From contig JASLZZ010000074.1 of NCBI GenBank assembly GCA_030754595.1, positions 1 to 23,975 on the forward strand: DNA of 23,975 bases, read 5' to 3'. Positions 1 to 8,364 of the stretch are shown here, in pieces; positions within the stretch are counted from its first letter, which is position 1, and the number at the start of each line of letters is the position of its first letter. Both the position numbers and the translations under genes were made by a program. The notes beneath the pieces were generated by a model. That model was not told the origin of the DNA and searched no databases. It saw only the letters and a program-made list of their open reading frames with translations. This DNA comes from Nitrospinota bacterium. GTDB taxonomy: Bacteria; UBA8248.

Positions 1-45
1 ATCGGGCCTCAGCACCTCTTTTTGGCTGCCACCATCTCCGAGCAT
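1..45 (-). CDS. 5' end of a gene running off the left edge (MLGDGGSQKEVLRPD...), product unknown
   Basis: Minus-strand ATG at 45, GAGAGGA Shine-Dalgarno at 52-58, frame open to the window edge, extended -10 promoter just upstream. Confidence 0.4.
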   Translation of the reverse strand, partial: MLGDGGSQKEVLRPD

Positions 46-77
46 CTGATATCCTCTCGCTCGGGCAATTTTAGCCA

Positions 78-86
78 ATTATATCA
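78..86 (-). promoter_or_regulatory. Extended -10 sigma70 promoter element TGaTATAAT
   Basis: Reverse complement of ATTATATCA (78-86) is a perfect TGnTATAAT, in an AT-rich intergenic region about 20 nt upstream of an SD and ATG. Confidence 0.55.
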
Positions 87-370
87 TATGGTTACAAAGA
101 TTCCCGCCTCTTTTTGCTCTGTTCCGCCGCATAATGTGGGAAAATATAGTTTTTTAGTTATTATCTGTCAGTAGTATTCTTAGATATTCATCGCACAATC
201 CAATGCGATAGAAAAACAAACCTTTTCGAAACAAATGCTTATGTATCAAGCACCTATTCTACGAGGGGCAAATAATTTGTCTGGAATGAGTCAAAACCAA
301 ACTACTAAAAAAACCAAAACCAAAAAGGGCTTGAATGATAGGTTTTTTCTCGATAAATAATTCGCCGCCC

Positions 371-1105
371 TCAGCCCTCGCCCAGCCAACGGCTCGGTTT
401 GGGCGGCTTGCGACGCTTCAGGCGGAATTTCTCGGTCGCGTATTTATCGACATGCGCGACGGCCTCGTCTATCGAATCGGTCACGAGGAAGAGCTCAAGG
501 TCCGCCTCCGCGATCGTCCCCTCCTAGGCCATCCGCTCCAGAAAATATATCAAAGGCTTCCAGTACTCCGCGCCCATCAGGACGATGGGAAAGTGCGCGA
601 TCTTACCCGTCTGAATCAGCGTGACGGCCTCGAACACCTCGTCCATCGTCCCCACCCCGCCGGGCAGGCCGACGAAGCCATAAGAGTACTTGAACAGAAA
701 CACCTTTCGGATGAAAAAATAATGGATATCAACCCAAGCGTCGAGATAGGGGTTGGGACTCTGCTCCATGGGCAGCGAGATGTTGCAGCCCACCGACTTT
801 CCCCCGGCCTCCCTCGCCCCGCGGTTGGGCGCCTCCATCAGCCCCGGACCGCCTCCGGTCATCACCGTGAAGCCCAGATCTGAGATCGAGGCCCCCACCT
901 TGCGCCCGAGTTCGTAGTAGAGGTGCCCCTCCTCGATTCGCGCCGAGCCGAACACCGTGACGCAGGGCCCCACGAAATGAAAGACCCGAAACCCCTTGAC
1001 GAAATCCCACGCCATCCGGAAGACGAAGCCGAACTCCGATTTTCGGGAGCTCGGCCCCTCGAGGAAGACCTGCTCGTGATTCGTCGTGCCTAAAAACCGG
1101 GCCAT
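371..1105 (-). pseudogene. LOG family (TIGR00730-like Rossmann-fold nucleotide phosphoribohydrolase) gene interrupted by an in-frame TAG at 524-526
   Basis: VTVFGSAR, TGGGPGLMEA and PGGVGTMDE motifs. After the TAG the same frame continues EGTIAEADLELFLVTDSIDEAVAHVDKY...RWLGEG to TGA at 371-373, matching the usual LOG C-terminus. Confidence 0.85.
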
Positions 1106-1329
1106 CGTTTCTCCTGGGCGGCGCGGAAAGCTCCGTGGAAACTTTCATCTCCCCCACCGGGAGGGGGGATACCCGGCCTACGCGAACCAGGCCTGGTTCT
1201 TAGGGAAGTATAACCGGATTTGGCGCTACGCGAGAGAACAACAGGGGACGAAAATAAAGACGAATCCATCGGGTCAAGCGGAAAACAGACAGCCCCCAAG
1301 GGCCGAAAAAACGTCTGAGAAGTCAATAA

Positions 1330-2142
1330 TTATTCAATCTCAAAATACAGGGAGCAGTGATCCGAAACCCGGCTCACAAAGCTCCGCCACTGAGGAGTCC
1401 CTTTGGAAAATTCATTCCAACCATCAACCTCCACTTCTCCCTCACTACCACTCGGAAATTGCCAGCGGGTAATATTCATCGAAGTGATCGCCACGACATG
1501 ATCGAGGTTGGAGTCCGATATTCTCCGGTTACTATCCGTCCAGGTCGCGTCATGGCTTTTATCGAGCAGACGCATCTGAACCTTCGAGGCGTCCCTTTTG
1601 AGTTTTCGGAGTTCGGTCGTGAAGTCTATCTCTTTGTTGTAGGGATATTTCATTCCCATGGTGTTCAGATCACCGCAAAAAACAAACCTGGCGTTTCCGC
1701 CCTCTTTCTCGTCGAGCTTTTTCTTCAGCTTAAACGCCCTGCTGAACATATCGTCTCGAAGACCCAATCCCACCGGAGTGCTCGAACTCTTCGTGTGCAA
1801 GAACAAAAGATTGTAATCGTGATTCCCGGATTTAATCGTGACCAACACACCTGGCCGCAAGTAGGCATTGCCCGCCTTGAATCCCGTTTTTTGCGAATAA
1901 AAGGTGGTCAAATTCTTCCGGACGCCAATCAATATCTCTTGTGATTGCGGACCATAGGTCATGTGAAAATTATGACCGGCAAACCTTGAAGCGATATGGT
2001 CATACACACCCGGTCCAACCAACACCAACAGCGCGAACACGTCCGGGTTGTATCCCTTGACATGCTGGACAACTCGCGCGGTATCTGTTGAGGCGATCTT
2101 AAATTTTTCCACGTCCCATGAAAGAACTTTCAGGCGCGGCAT
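1330..2142 (-). CDS. Endonuclease/exonuclease/phosphatase (EEP, DNase I-like) family protein
   Basis: N-terminal KVLSWDVE, PDVFAL, FLHTKS, GDLN, LDHV and C-terminal SDH motifs; visibly lower GC than neighbouring genes. Confidence 0.85.
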   Translation of the reverse strand: MPRLKVLSWDVEKFKIASTDTARVVQHVKGYNPDVFALLVLVGPGVYDHIASRFAGHNFHMTYGPQSQEILIGVRKNLTTFYSQKTGFKAGNAYLRPGVLVTIKSGNHDYNLLFLHTKSSSTPVGLGLRDDMFSRAFKLKKKLDEKEGGNARFVFCGDLNTMGMKYPYNKEIDFTTELRKLKRDASKVQMRLLDKSHDATWTDSNRRISDSNLDHVVAITSMNITRWQFPSGSEGEVEVDGWNEFSKGTPQWRSFVSRVSDHCSLYFEIE

Positions 2143-2351
2143 TGGTTGAACCTCCTCTGTCGTATCGGCCGAAAGAAAAAGCGCGCTGTTTATTGGTTTT
2201 TCATAAACAATAATCTAATTATACCCGATCTCACAAAATATTGTTCTTTTTTTCTTCGTCCCGTAAATTTCCTCCGCGCGCGGTCGGCGAAACCCCCTAT
2301 TCTTCCTCGTGTTTTGGCTACCCCCCGGCATTTTGGAACTTTCCGTTCCCC

Positions 2352-2360
2352 TGCTATAAA
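2352..2360 (+). promoter_or_regulatory. Extended -10 element TGcTATAAA upstream of tyrS
   Basis: TGCTATAAA about 30 nt before the tyrS ATG; the same motif recurs at 14031-14039 and 18122-18130 upstream of other + strand genes. Confidence 0.5.
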
Positions 2361-2391
2361 TTGGGGGCGGTTTCGCCCGTTTGGAGAGCTG

Positions 2392-3657
2392 ATGAACCTG
2401 TTCGACGATCTGAAGGCCCGCGGCCTCGTTCACGATTTCACCGACGCGCCCGAGTTGTCCGCCGCCCTCGAAAAAGGGGGGATGACGCTCTACTGCGGCT
2501 TCGACCCCACCTCCGACAGCCTCCACATCGGGAGCCTCCTGCCCATCACCGGGCTCATGCGCTTCCAGTGCGCCGGACACCGGCCCCTGGCCCTCGTGGG
2601 CGGGGCGACGGGGATGATCGGCGACCCCTCGGGCAAGAGCGAGGAGCGGAACCTCCTCGACGCCGGCACCCTCGCCGCGAACAACGCGGGAATCCGCGCC
2701 CAGCTCGAGGGGTTTCTCGATCTCGGCCCGGGGCCCGCGGCGGCCAAGATGATGAACAACGCCGACTGGTTCGACGGGATGAATCTCGTCGAGTTCCTCC
2801 GGGGCGCCGGGAAACATTTTCCGGTCGGCTACATGATGGCCAAGGAGTCGGTCAAGGCGCGCGTCGCCGACGCCGGAATCTCCTACACCGAATTCAGCTA
2901 CATGGTCCTCCAGGCCTACGACTTTCTTCACCTCTTCGAGACCGAGGGCTGCACCCTCCAGATCGGCGGCTCCGATCAGTGGGGCAACATCACGGGCGGC
3001 ATCGAGTTCATCCGCCGCTCGCTCGGAAAATCCGTCTACGGCATCACATTTCCCCTCATCACCACATCGGACGGCCGGAAATTCGGCAAGACCGAGGAGG
3101 GCAATATCTGGCTCGACTCGAAGCGGACCAGCCCCTACCGGTTCTACCAGTATTGGATCCAGACGGCGGACGCCGACGTGGGCCGGTTCCTTCGCTACTT
3201 CACTTTTTTGACGCTCGATGAGATCGAGTCGATAGAAAATGAACATAAAGAGGCCCCTGAAAAAAGAGGGGGCCAGGCCAGGCTCGCCCTTGAGCTCACC
3301 AGCCTCGTCCACGGCGCCGAGGTCGCCGAGAGCAACATCCGCGCCGCGCGGATCCTGTTCGGCGGCCCGCTCGATGGGGTCGAGGAGCGCGACCTGCTGG
3401 CCGCCGCCGCCGAGATGCCCCGGACCGCGCGCAGCGGCGCTCCCCCGCTTCTCCTGGTGGACGTGCTTGTAGAATCTGGATTATCCAAGTCCCGATCCAT
3501 GGCCCGGAAAGACCTCACCGGGGGCGGCATTTATGTCAACAACAACCGGATCGGCGAGGAAGGAGCCGAGATTTCCGCCGATGACCTCCTCTTTGGCCGG
3601 TATGTTCTTTTGCGAAAAGGGAAAAAGAACTATCATCTTCTGGAGATGAACACCTAG
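2392..3657 (+). CDS. tyrS: Tyrosine--tRNA ligase
   Basis: YCGFDPT..SLHIGS (HIGH), LQAYDF, QIGGSDQWGNI, KFGKT (KMSKS) and C-terminal S4 domain (GGIYVNN...LLRKGKKNY). Start placed at ATG 2392 after GGAGAG rather than the ORF-track TTG at 2146. Confidence 0.97.
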   Translation: MNLFDDLKARGLVHDFTDAPELSAALEKGGMTLYCGFDPTSDSLHIGSLLPITGLMRFQCAGHRPLALVGGATGMIGDPSGKSEERNLLDAGTLAANNAGIRAQLEGFLDLGPGPAAAKMMNNADWFDGMNLVEFLRGAGKHFPVGYMMAKESVKARVADAGISYTEFSYMVLQAYDFLHLFETEGCTLQIGGSDQWGNITGGIEFIRRSLGKSVYGITFPLITTSDGRKFGKTEEGNIWLDSKRTSPYRFYQYWIQTADADVGRFLRYFTFLTLDEIESIENEHKEAPEKRGGQARLALELTSLVHGAEVAESNIRAARILFGGPLDGVEERDLLAAAAEMPRTARSGAPPLLLVDVLVESGLSKSRSMARKDLTGGGIYVNNNRIGEEGAEISADDLLFGRYVLLRKGKKNYHLLEMNT

Positions 3658-3696
3658 CCTCCTGAAATCGGGCCGAATTTTCAGAGGAGTGCGACA

Positions 3697-3915
3697 ATGA
3701 GCATACTCGACAGGCTCAAGGACGATCAGGACCCCGAAAAAAAACCCGAAGCCCCTCCAGCACAGCAGGCTCCGGCCCCGCCAGCCGCGAAACCGGGCGT
3801 CCGCGTGGGCGCGAAGGGCGCCGCGCCCCAGCAGGCGCCGCAGGCCCAGCCCAGCCTTCTCAAGAAAAAACCCGAGCCCCAGGAGGCGCAGCAGGCCCAG
3901 GCGCAGCCTCCGGGG
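3697..3915 (+). other. Pro/Ala/Gln-rich N-terminal segment (MSILDRLK...QAQPPG) of the downstream AAA+ ATPase, out of frame by -1
   Basis: GAGGAG SD before ATG 3697; strong third-position GC bias in this frame up to about 3912, after which the bias moves to the ATPase frame; no SD before GTG 3915. Confidence 0.65.
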
Positions 3916-5243
3916 TGGCTTCCGAAGAAGAGCCCGAGGGCGCCTACGACCCTCTCACTCTCGAAGAGCCACTGTCGATTGAGGACCTCGGCGTCCGCCG
4001 GGACTTCCTGATGCCCCACGTACTCAAGACGGTGTTCGTGCTCGACACCTTCACGGGCAGCGAGGCGGCCGAGCGGCTCTGCCTGCCGATGAAGCTGACG
4101 GGCGATCTGCTCGAGGAGTGGAAGGACCTCAAGAGCATCGAGGTGCTCTCGGCGAGTGGCTACCAGGTGGCCTCGCGCCGCTACGGCATGACGACCGAGG
4201 GCCGCCGCCGCGCGCGCGAATATATGCGCCTGAGCGGCTACATCGGCCCGGTTCCGGTGCCGGTGGACAACTACCGCAAGATGGTCGAACGCCAGACCGT
4301 CCTCGGGGTCCGGGTGAACAGCGAGGGGCTCAAGAAGGCGCTCTCCCACCTCGTCGTCAGCGACAAGCTCTTCAAGCCGCTGGGCCCGGCGGCGAACTCG
4401 GGCCGGACGATCTTCCTCTACGGACCGCCCGGAAACGGCAAGACCGCCATCGCCGACGCCCTCTCGTCTCTCCTCGGCGGGCGGGTGGCCATCCCCAGGG
4501 CCATCGATATGGACGGATTCCTGATGCGCCTCTACGACCCTTCGGTGCACCGCTCCGAGGGGGACCAGCCCGCCGACAAGCGCTGGCTGCGCTGCAAGCG
4601 GCCCATCATGGTCGTCGGGGGCGAGCTCACCATCGAGATGATGGAACTCCAGATGGACCCGGGCTCGAACACCTACGAGGCCCCGCCCCACGTCAAATCG
4701 AACAACGGGATATTCATACTCGACGATTTCGGCCGCCAGCTTGTGCGCCCGCGCGATCTGCTCAACCGCTGGATCGTCCCGCTCGAGAACAGGGTGGACT
4801 ACCTCTCGCTCCACACCGGGAACAAGGTCGAGCTCCCCTTCGATCAGCTCGTCATCTTCAGCACCAACATCAACCCCAAGGATCTGCTCGACGAGGCCTT
4901 CATGCGCCGCCTCCGCCACAAGGTCTATATCGGGCCGCTCGAGCTCGAAGGCTTCCGCGAGGCGTTCGGGATGGCCTGCGTGAGCAAGAAGGTCCCCTTC
5001 GACGGCGAGGTTTTCGACACCCTGATCAAGAAGGTCTACGAACCCAAGGGGCTCTCCTTCAACGGGTGCCACCCCCGGGACCTGCTCGACCGTCCCATCG
5101 ATCTGGCGAAATTCGATGAAAAAGTGCCCGAGATGACCGAGGACCTGCTGATGCGCGCCTGCGAGAGCTATTTCGTACAGATCGAGGATGACTCGAGCGA
5201 GTCGTTCACATCCTCGGCCGGCGTCGCCGACCTTCTGAAATAG
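3915..5243 (+). CDS. AAA+ family ATPase (family often annotated as a chaperone-like ATPase associated with Flp/Tad pilus loci); true start probably 3697 across a frameshift
   Basis: Walker A GPPGNGKT, Walker B FILDDFGRQ, LLNRWIVPLE, sensor-1 IFSTN, DEAFMRR arginine finger; winged-helix-like N-terminal region followed by YIGPVPV. Confidence 0.88.
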   Translation: MASEEEPEGAYDPLTLEEPLSIEDLGVRRDFLMPHVLKTVFVLDTFTGSEAAERLCLPMKLTGDLLEEWKDLKSIEVLSASGYQVASRRYGMTTEGRRRAREYMRLSGYIGPVPVPVDNYRKMVERQTVLGVRVNSEGLKKALSHLVVSDKLFKPLGPAANSGRTIFLYGPPGNGKTAIADALSSLLGGRVAIPRAIDMDGFLMRLYDPSVHRSEGDQPADKRWLRCKRPIMVVGGELTIEMMELQMDPGSNTYEAPPHVKSNNGIFILDDFGRQLVRPRDLLNRWIVPLENRVDYLSLHTGNKVELPFDQLVIFSTNINPKDLLDEAFMRRLRHKVYIGPLELEGFREAFGMACVSKKVPFDGEVFDTLIKKVYEPKGLSFNGCHPRDLLDRPIDLAKFDEKVPEMTEDLLMRACESYFVQIEDDSSESFTSSAGVADLLK

Positions 5244-5343
5244 CCGGGTATTTGACAGCCGGGTCCTCGCCGGGCCCGGCCGCCCGAACCACTTCATCCG
5301 GGAGCAACCGCACCTTGCACCTGCCTACAAATCCCCGCCCGGC

Positions 5344-6630
5344 ATGAGCACCCGGGATAGCGGCGCACCCGCCGCCCAGGTCCGCTTCGAGGACCTCCCC
5401 GACCTCTATCACGTCTGGAAGTGGCGGGTCCTGATCGCCTACTGCGTTTTCTACTCCATGAACTACATGGGGCGCTTCAATTTCAGCCTCATCCAATCCG
5501 AGATCATCAACGACCTGGGGATCACCCGCGCCGACACGGGATGGATCAACTCGTGGATGTTCTGGGGCTTCGCATTCGGCGACCTGATCCACGGCCGCCT
5601 CGCCGAGCGCTTCGGCTACCGGCGGATACTCCTCTTCGGGGCCATCGGAACAGGGGTCTTCAACTTCATCACCAGCTACGGAAACTCGATCAACGGCCTG
5701 CTCATCCCCTGGGCCATCGTCGGATTCGCAAACGCGGCCACCTGGGCGCCCGGCATCGGCATCATCGCCCAGTGGTGGGGCCGCCGGGAGCGGGGCCGAG
5801 CGATGGGGATGGTGGGAACGGCGGCGGGCTTCGCGTTGCTCGTCGTCTGGGTAGTGACCCCCTGGGTGGTGGAGAATTTCGGCTGGCGGGCGGCGCTGCG
5901 TTATCCGCCGATGCTCATCTCCCTGCTCGGCATCGCCTTTTATTTTGTCGCCAGGGACAAGCCGCGCGATGTCGGTCTCCCCGAATACGCCGAATCAGAC
6001 GAGGTATCGATCGAGGCGGAAGCCTCCTCGGAGGGCAACGTGCGCGGTCTGCGCGCCTACGTTCACCTGTTCTCGAACTGGCGTTTTTTTGTCGCTTGCC
6101 AGGTGAAGGGCCTCGACAATGTGGTGCGCTACGGAATCGTCTCCTGGGCGCCGGTCTACTACGCCCAGGTCGGGGGGATGGACTTGAGAGAAATGGGCTG
6201 GGTCACCCTCGCCTACCCGCTGGGCTACATGTGGGGGCCCATTTGCGGCGGCTACATCTCGGATAAATTCTTCGGGAGCAATCGCTCGATCGTCATCATC
6301 ATCGCCGGGCTATTAGGCGGCGCGGCCGTCCTGGGCATCGCTCTCATACCGCCGGACAGCATCCCCCTCGCCGTCCTTTTCCTCATCGTGGGCGGATTCT
6401 TCGTCAACATGTCGCCCATCCAGGCCCTCGCCGTTGACCTGGGCGGAAGACAACTCGCCGGTACAGCCTCGGGCGTGCTCGACGCGCACGGCTATATCTA
6501 CGGGGCGATTCAGGCCTGGTTCTTCGGCTGGCTCTCGCTAGCCGTCCCGAACGGATGGCTCTGGGTTTTCGGGATCATGGCGGCGACACGGCTCATCAGC
6601 GTCGCGGCGATATGGCGGGTGCGGGTCTGA
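5344..6630 (+). CDS. MFS transporter, GlpT/UhpC (organophosphate:Pi antiporter)-like
   Basis: About 12 hydrophobic segments; Y..NYMGRFNFS, GRLAERFGYRR, WW.RRERGRAMG, DKP.DVGLP, GYISDKFF.SNR, AGTASG motifs. Confidence 0.9.
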   Translation: MSTRDSGAPAAQVRFEDLPDLYHVWKWRVLIAYCVFYSMNYMGRFNFSLIQSEIINDLGITRADTGWINSWMFWGFAFGDLIHGRLAERFGYRRILLFGAIGTGVFNFITSYGNSINGLLIPWAIVGFANAATWAPGIGIIAQWWGRRERGRAMGMVGTAAGFALLVVWVVTPWVVENFGWRAALRYPPMLISLLGIAFYFVARDKPRDVGLPEYAESDEVSIEAEASSEGNVRGLRAYVHLFSNWRFFVACQVKGLDNVVRYGIVSWAPVYYAQVGGMDLREMGWVTLAYPLGYMWGPICGGYISDKFFGSNRSIVIIIAGLLGGAAVLGIALIPPDSIPLAVLFLIVGGFFVNMSPIQALAVDLGGRQLAGTASGVLDAHGYIYGAIQAWFFGWLSLAVPNGWLWVFGIMAATRLISVAAIWRVRV

Positions 6631-6673
6631 GACGGCGATACCCCGGACGACGCCCCCTCCTGTCGGGAGGGCG

Positions 6674-8071
6674 CTACCCCTGGCTCTTGAGGATGGCCAA
6701 GCGGACCCGGTCCTTCTCGCCGCCGAATTTCCCGTGAAGATACTCCAGGACGAGCCCCGCCCAGGCCGCGCGGTGGGCTTCGCCGGGCTGAAGGTAGCGC
6801 GAGGCGGCGAAGCGCCAGCCGCCCTCCCCCCCCCGGAGAAACAGATCGGCCCGGATGTCGGGCTGTAGCGCCAGCCGCACCGCCGCAAGCAGGTCCTTTC
6901 CGTCCGAAAGATCGAAGTGAAAGGCACGCTCCTCGCCGCCGAAGCGAACCGCGAGGATGATTTCGACCTCCTCCACCCACCGGGGCGCGGCCAGTTCGAT
7001 CGAGACCGACTCCGAGGGCACTGAATCATCCACCCCGAACATCAGATAGGTGTCGCCCCCTACCGCGAGCCGCCGGGCGGGCGGCAACGAAGCGGCCGAG
7101 TCTTCACCGCCCTCGCCGTTTCCACTGCCTCCATCGGAGGCGGAGCGACCAAGCGCCTCCCCGATCCAGTCGGCGAGCCGCTCGCGGCCCGGGTAGGTGG
7201 TCGGCGTCTCTCCCCCGCCGAGGAGGCTCAGCCGCCCGGACCAAGCCGCCAGCGAAGCTAGGAGTGGCTGCGCCGGGCGAAGCGACTCGGCCTCCCAGGG
7301 AGTGATTCCTCCCAGGGCTGCGGCGACGCTCCCCTGTATCGTGGCGAGGGCCCCCGTACTTTCGTCCCCGGCCACATCTCTTAAAACCTCCACCGCGGCC
7401 AGCCGCTCGACCAGCGCTTCAAGATGACCCGTGACCTCGGGAAAGAGCCCTCGAGCGGCGGTCATCTTGTCCGCCAGACCGTTTTCCGCCATCCACTCCC
7501 CCGGCTCGATGGGAAGCGAACCGAGCCCCAGATTCGGCTCCCGGAGGCGACGCCAGTAGCCCCGCGCCCCCTGGAGGGCGGCGGAGATGCCCGCCTCGCC
7601 GCGTATCTCCCAAGCCTCGGCCAGCTCCCGGCGAATGGCCTCCTCCCCCTCGCCCCGGTCGAGGGCGGCGGCGAGCCGCCTCAGCAGCAGGCTGAAAAAA
7701 GCGGCCTGGGCGCGAGCGAGGGAGGATAATTTTCCAGGCGTCGAGGTCGCCGAGGTCAGCAATAGATAGAGGACGCCGACGGAGGGCTGGCCTTCCGCCC
7801 GCCGAGGTGGAAGCCTCCCCATCAGACCCGCCAGCCGCCCGGCGCGCTCCTGGACGGCGGGAAGCGGCTCCCCGCCGAGGAGGCGAAGATGAACGAAAGA
7901 AAGCGGGAGAAGCTGCTCAGGCAGGGTGGGTTCGGCCTCGGGCGGAAAAAAAAACGTGGTCAGCTGGGCGAGAATCTCCTCGCCCGCCCGGCCGAAATTC
8001 CTGTCGAGATAGCCGCGGCAGCGAGCCTCCCACCAACCGGTGAAGGCCGCCTCAGAACCGGGGGCGCTCAC
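6674..8071 (-). CDS. Hypothetical protein (465 aa), last gene of the coaD-aspC operon
   Basis: Long ORF whose GTG start overlaps the upstream stop (GTGA); converges on the MFS gene; no family recognised. Confidence 0.7.
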   Translation of the reverse strand: MSAPGSEAAFTGWWEARCRGYLDRNFGRAGEEILAQLTTFFFPPEAEPTLPEQLLPLSFVHLRLLGGEPLPAVQERAGRLAGLMGRLPPRRAEGQPSVGVLYLLLTSATSTPGKLSSLARAQAAFFSLLLRRLAAALDRGEGEEAIRRELAEAWEIRGEAGISAALQGARGYWRRLREPNLGLGSLPIEPGEWMAENGLADKMTAARGLFPEVTGHLEALVERLAAVEVLRDVAGDESTGALATIQGSVAAALGGITPWEAESLRPAQPLLASLAAWSGRLSLLGGGETPTTYPGRERLADWIGEALGRSASDGGSGNGEGGEDSAASLPPARRLAVGGDTYLMFGVDDSVPSESVSIELAAPRWVEEVEIILAVRFGGEERAFHFDLSDGKDLLAAVRLALQPDIRADLFLRGGEGGWRFAASRYLQPGEAHRAAWAGLVLEYLHGKFGGEKDRVRLAILKSQG

Positions 8072-8364
8072 CTCTCGCCCTCGACCTCGGAGCCAGAGCC
8101 GGTGTCAGAGCGGACGGGTGGTCCGGATGTTGCCGCCGGGCCGCGCTCCCCGTCCCCGCGGATGATCTCCGCCGCGCGCATCGACCGCTCCCCTCTACCC
8201 TGGAGATACCGCCCGGCCGCGAAGAGCGCCCCGGCGATGAGGACAATCTGGAGCTGGGCGTCCATCCCGGAAAATTCGGGGGTGGCGCCCCCGAAGAAAA
8301 GCGCGAAGGCGCAATCGATCAGGGCGAGCACCTGGAGAAGGCGGCCGAAGCGGTAGGCGAACAT
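8068..8364 (-). CDS. Small hypothetical membrane protein (two TM helices plus polar tail)
   Basis: TGATG overlap with the aspC stop; hydrophobic segments LLQVLALIDCAFALFFG and LQIVLIAGALFAAGRYL. Confidence 0.75.
   Translation of the reverse strand: MFAYRFGRLLQVLALIDCAFALFFGGATPEFSGMDAQLQIVLIAGALFAAGRYLQGRGERSMRAAEIIRGDGERGPAATSGPPVRSDTGSGSEVEGER

Noticed and set aside
190..209. Inverted repeat ATCGCA-N8-TGCGAT in the AT-rich left intergenic region
   Set aside because: Arms are only 6 bp and match no operator consensus I can name; compatible with chance
1330..2142. EEP gene as part of a retroelement, prophage or insertion sequence
   Set aside because: No reverse transcriptase, integrase, transposase, terminal inverted repeats or target-site duplication were found nearby
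2146..2391. 82-codon N-terminal extension of TyrS, or a T-box leader
   Set aside because: The extension is AT-rich intergenic DNA containing the promoter and SD. The -10 element lies only about 30 nt from the ATG, leaving no room for a T-box, and no T-box consensus is seen
3655..3699. tyrS stop is in frame with the ORF at 3697, suggesting a read-through fusion
   Set aside because: TyrS ends at its normal position after the S4 domain, the downstream ORF has its own GAGGAG SD, and in-frame spacing occurs one time in three by chance
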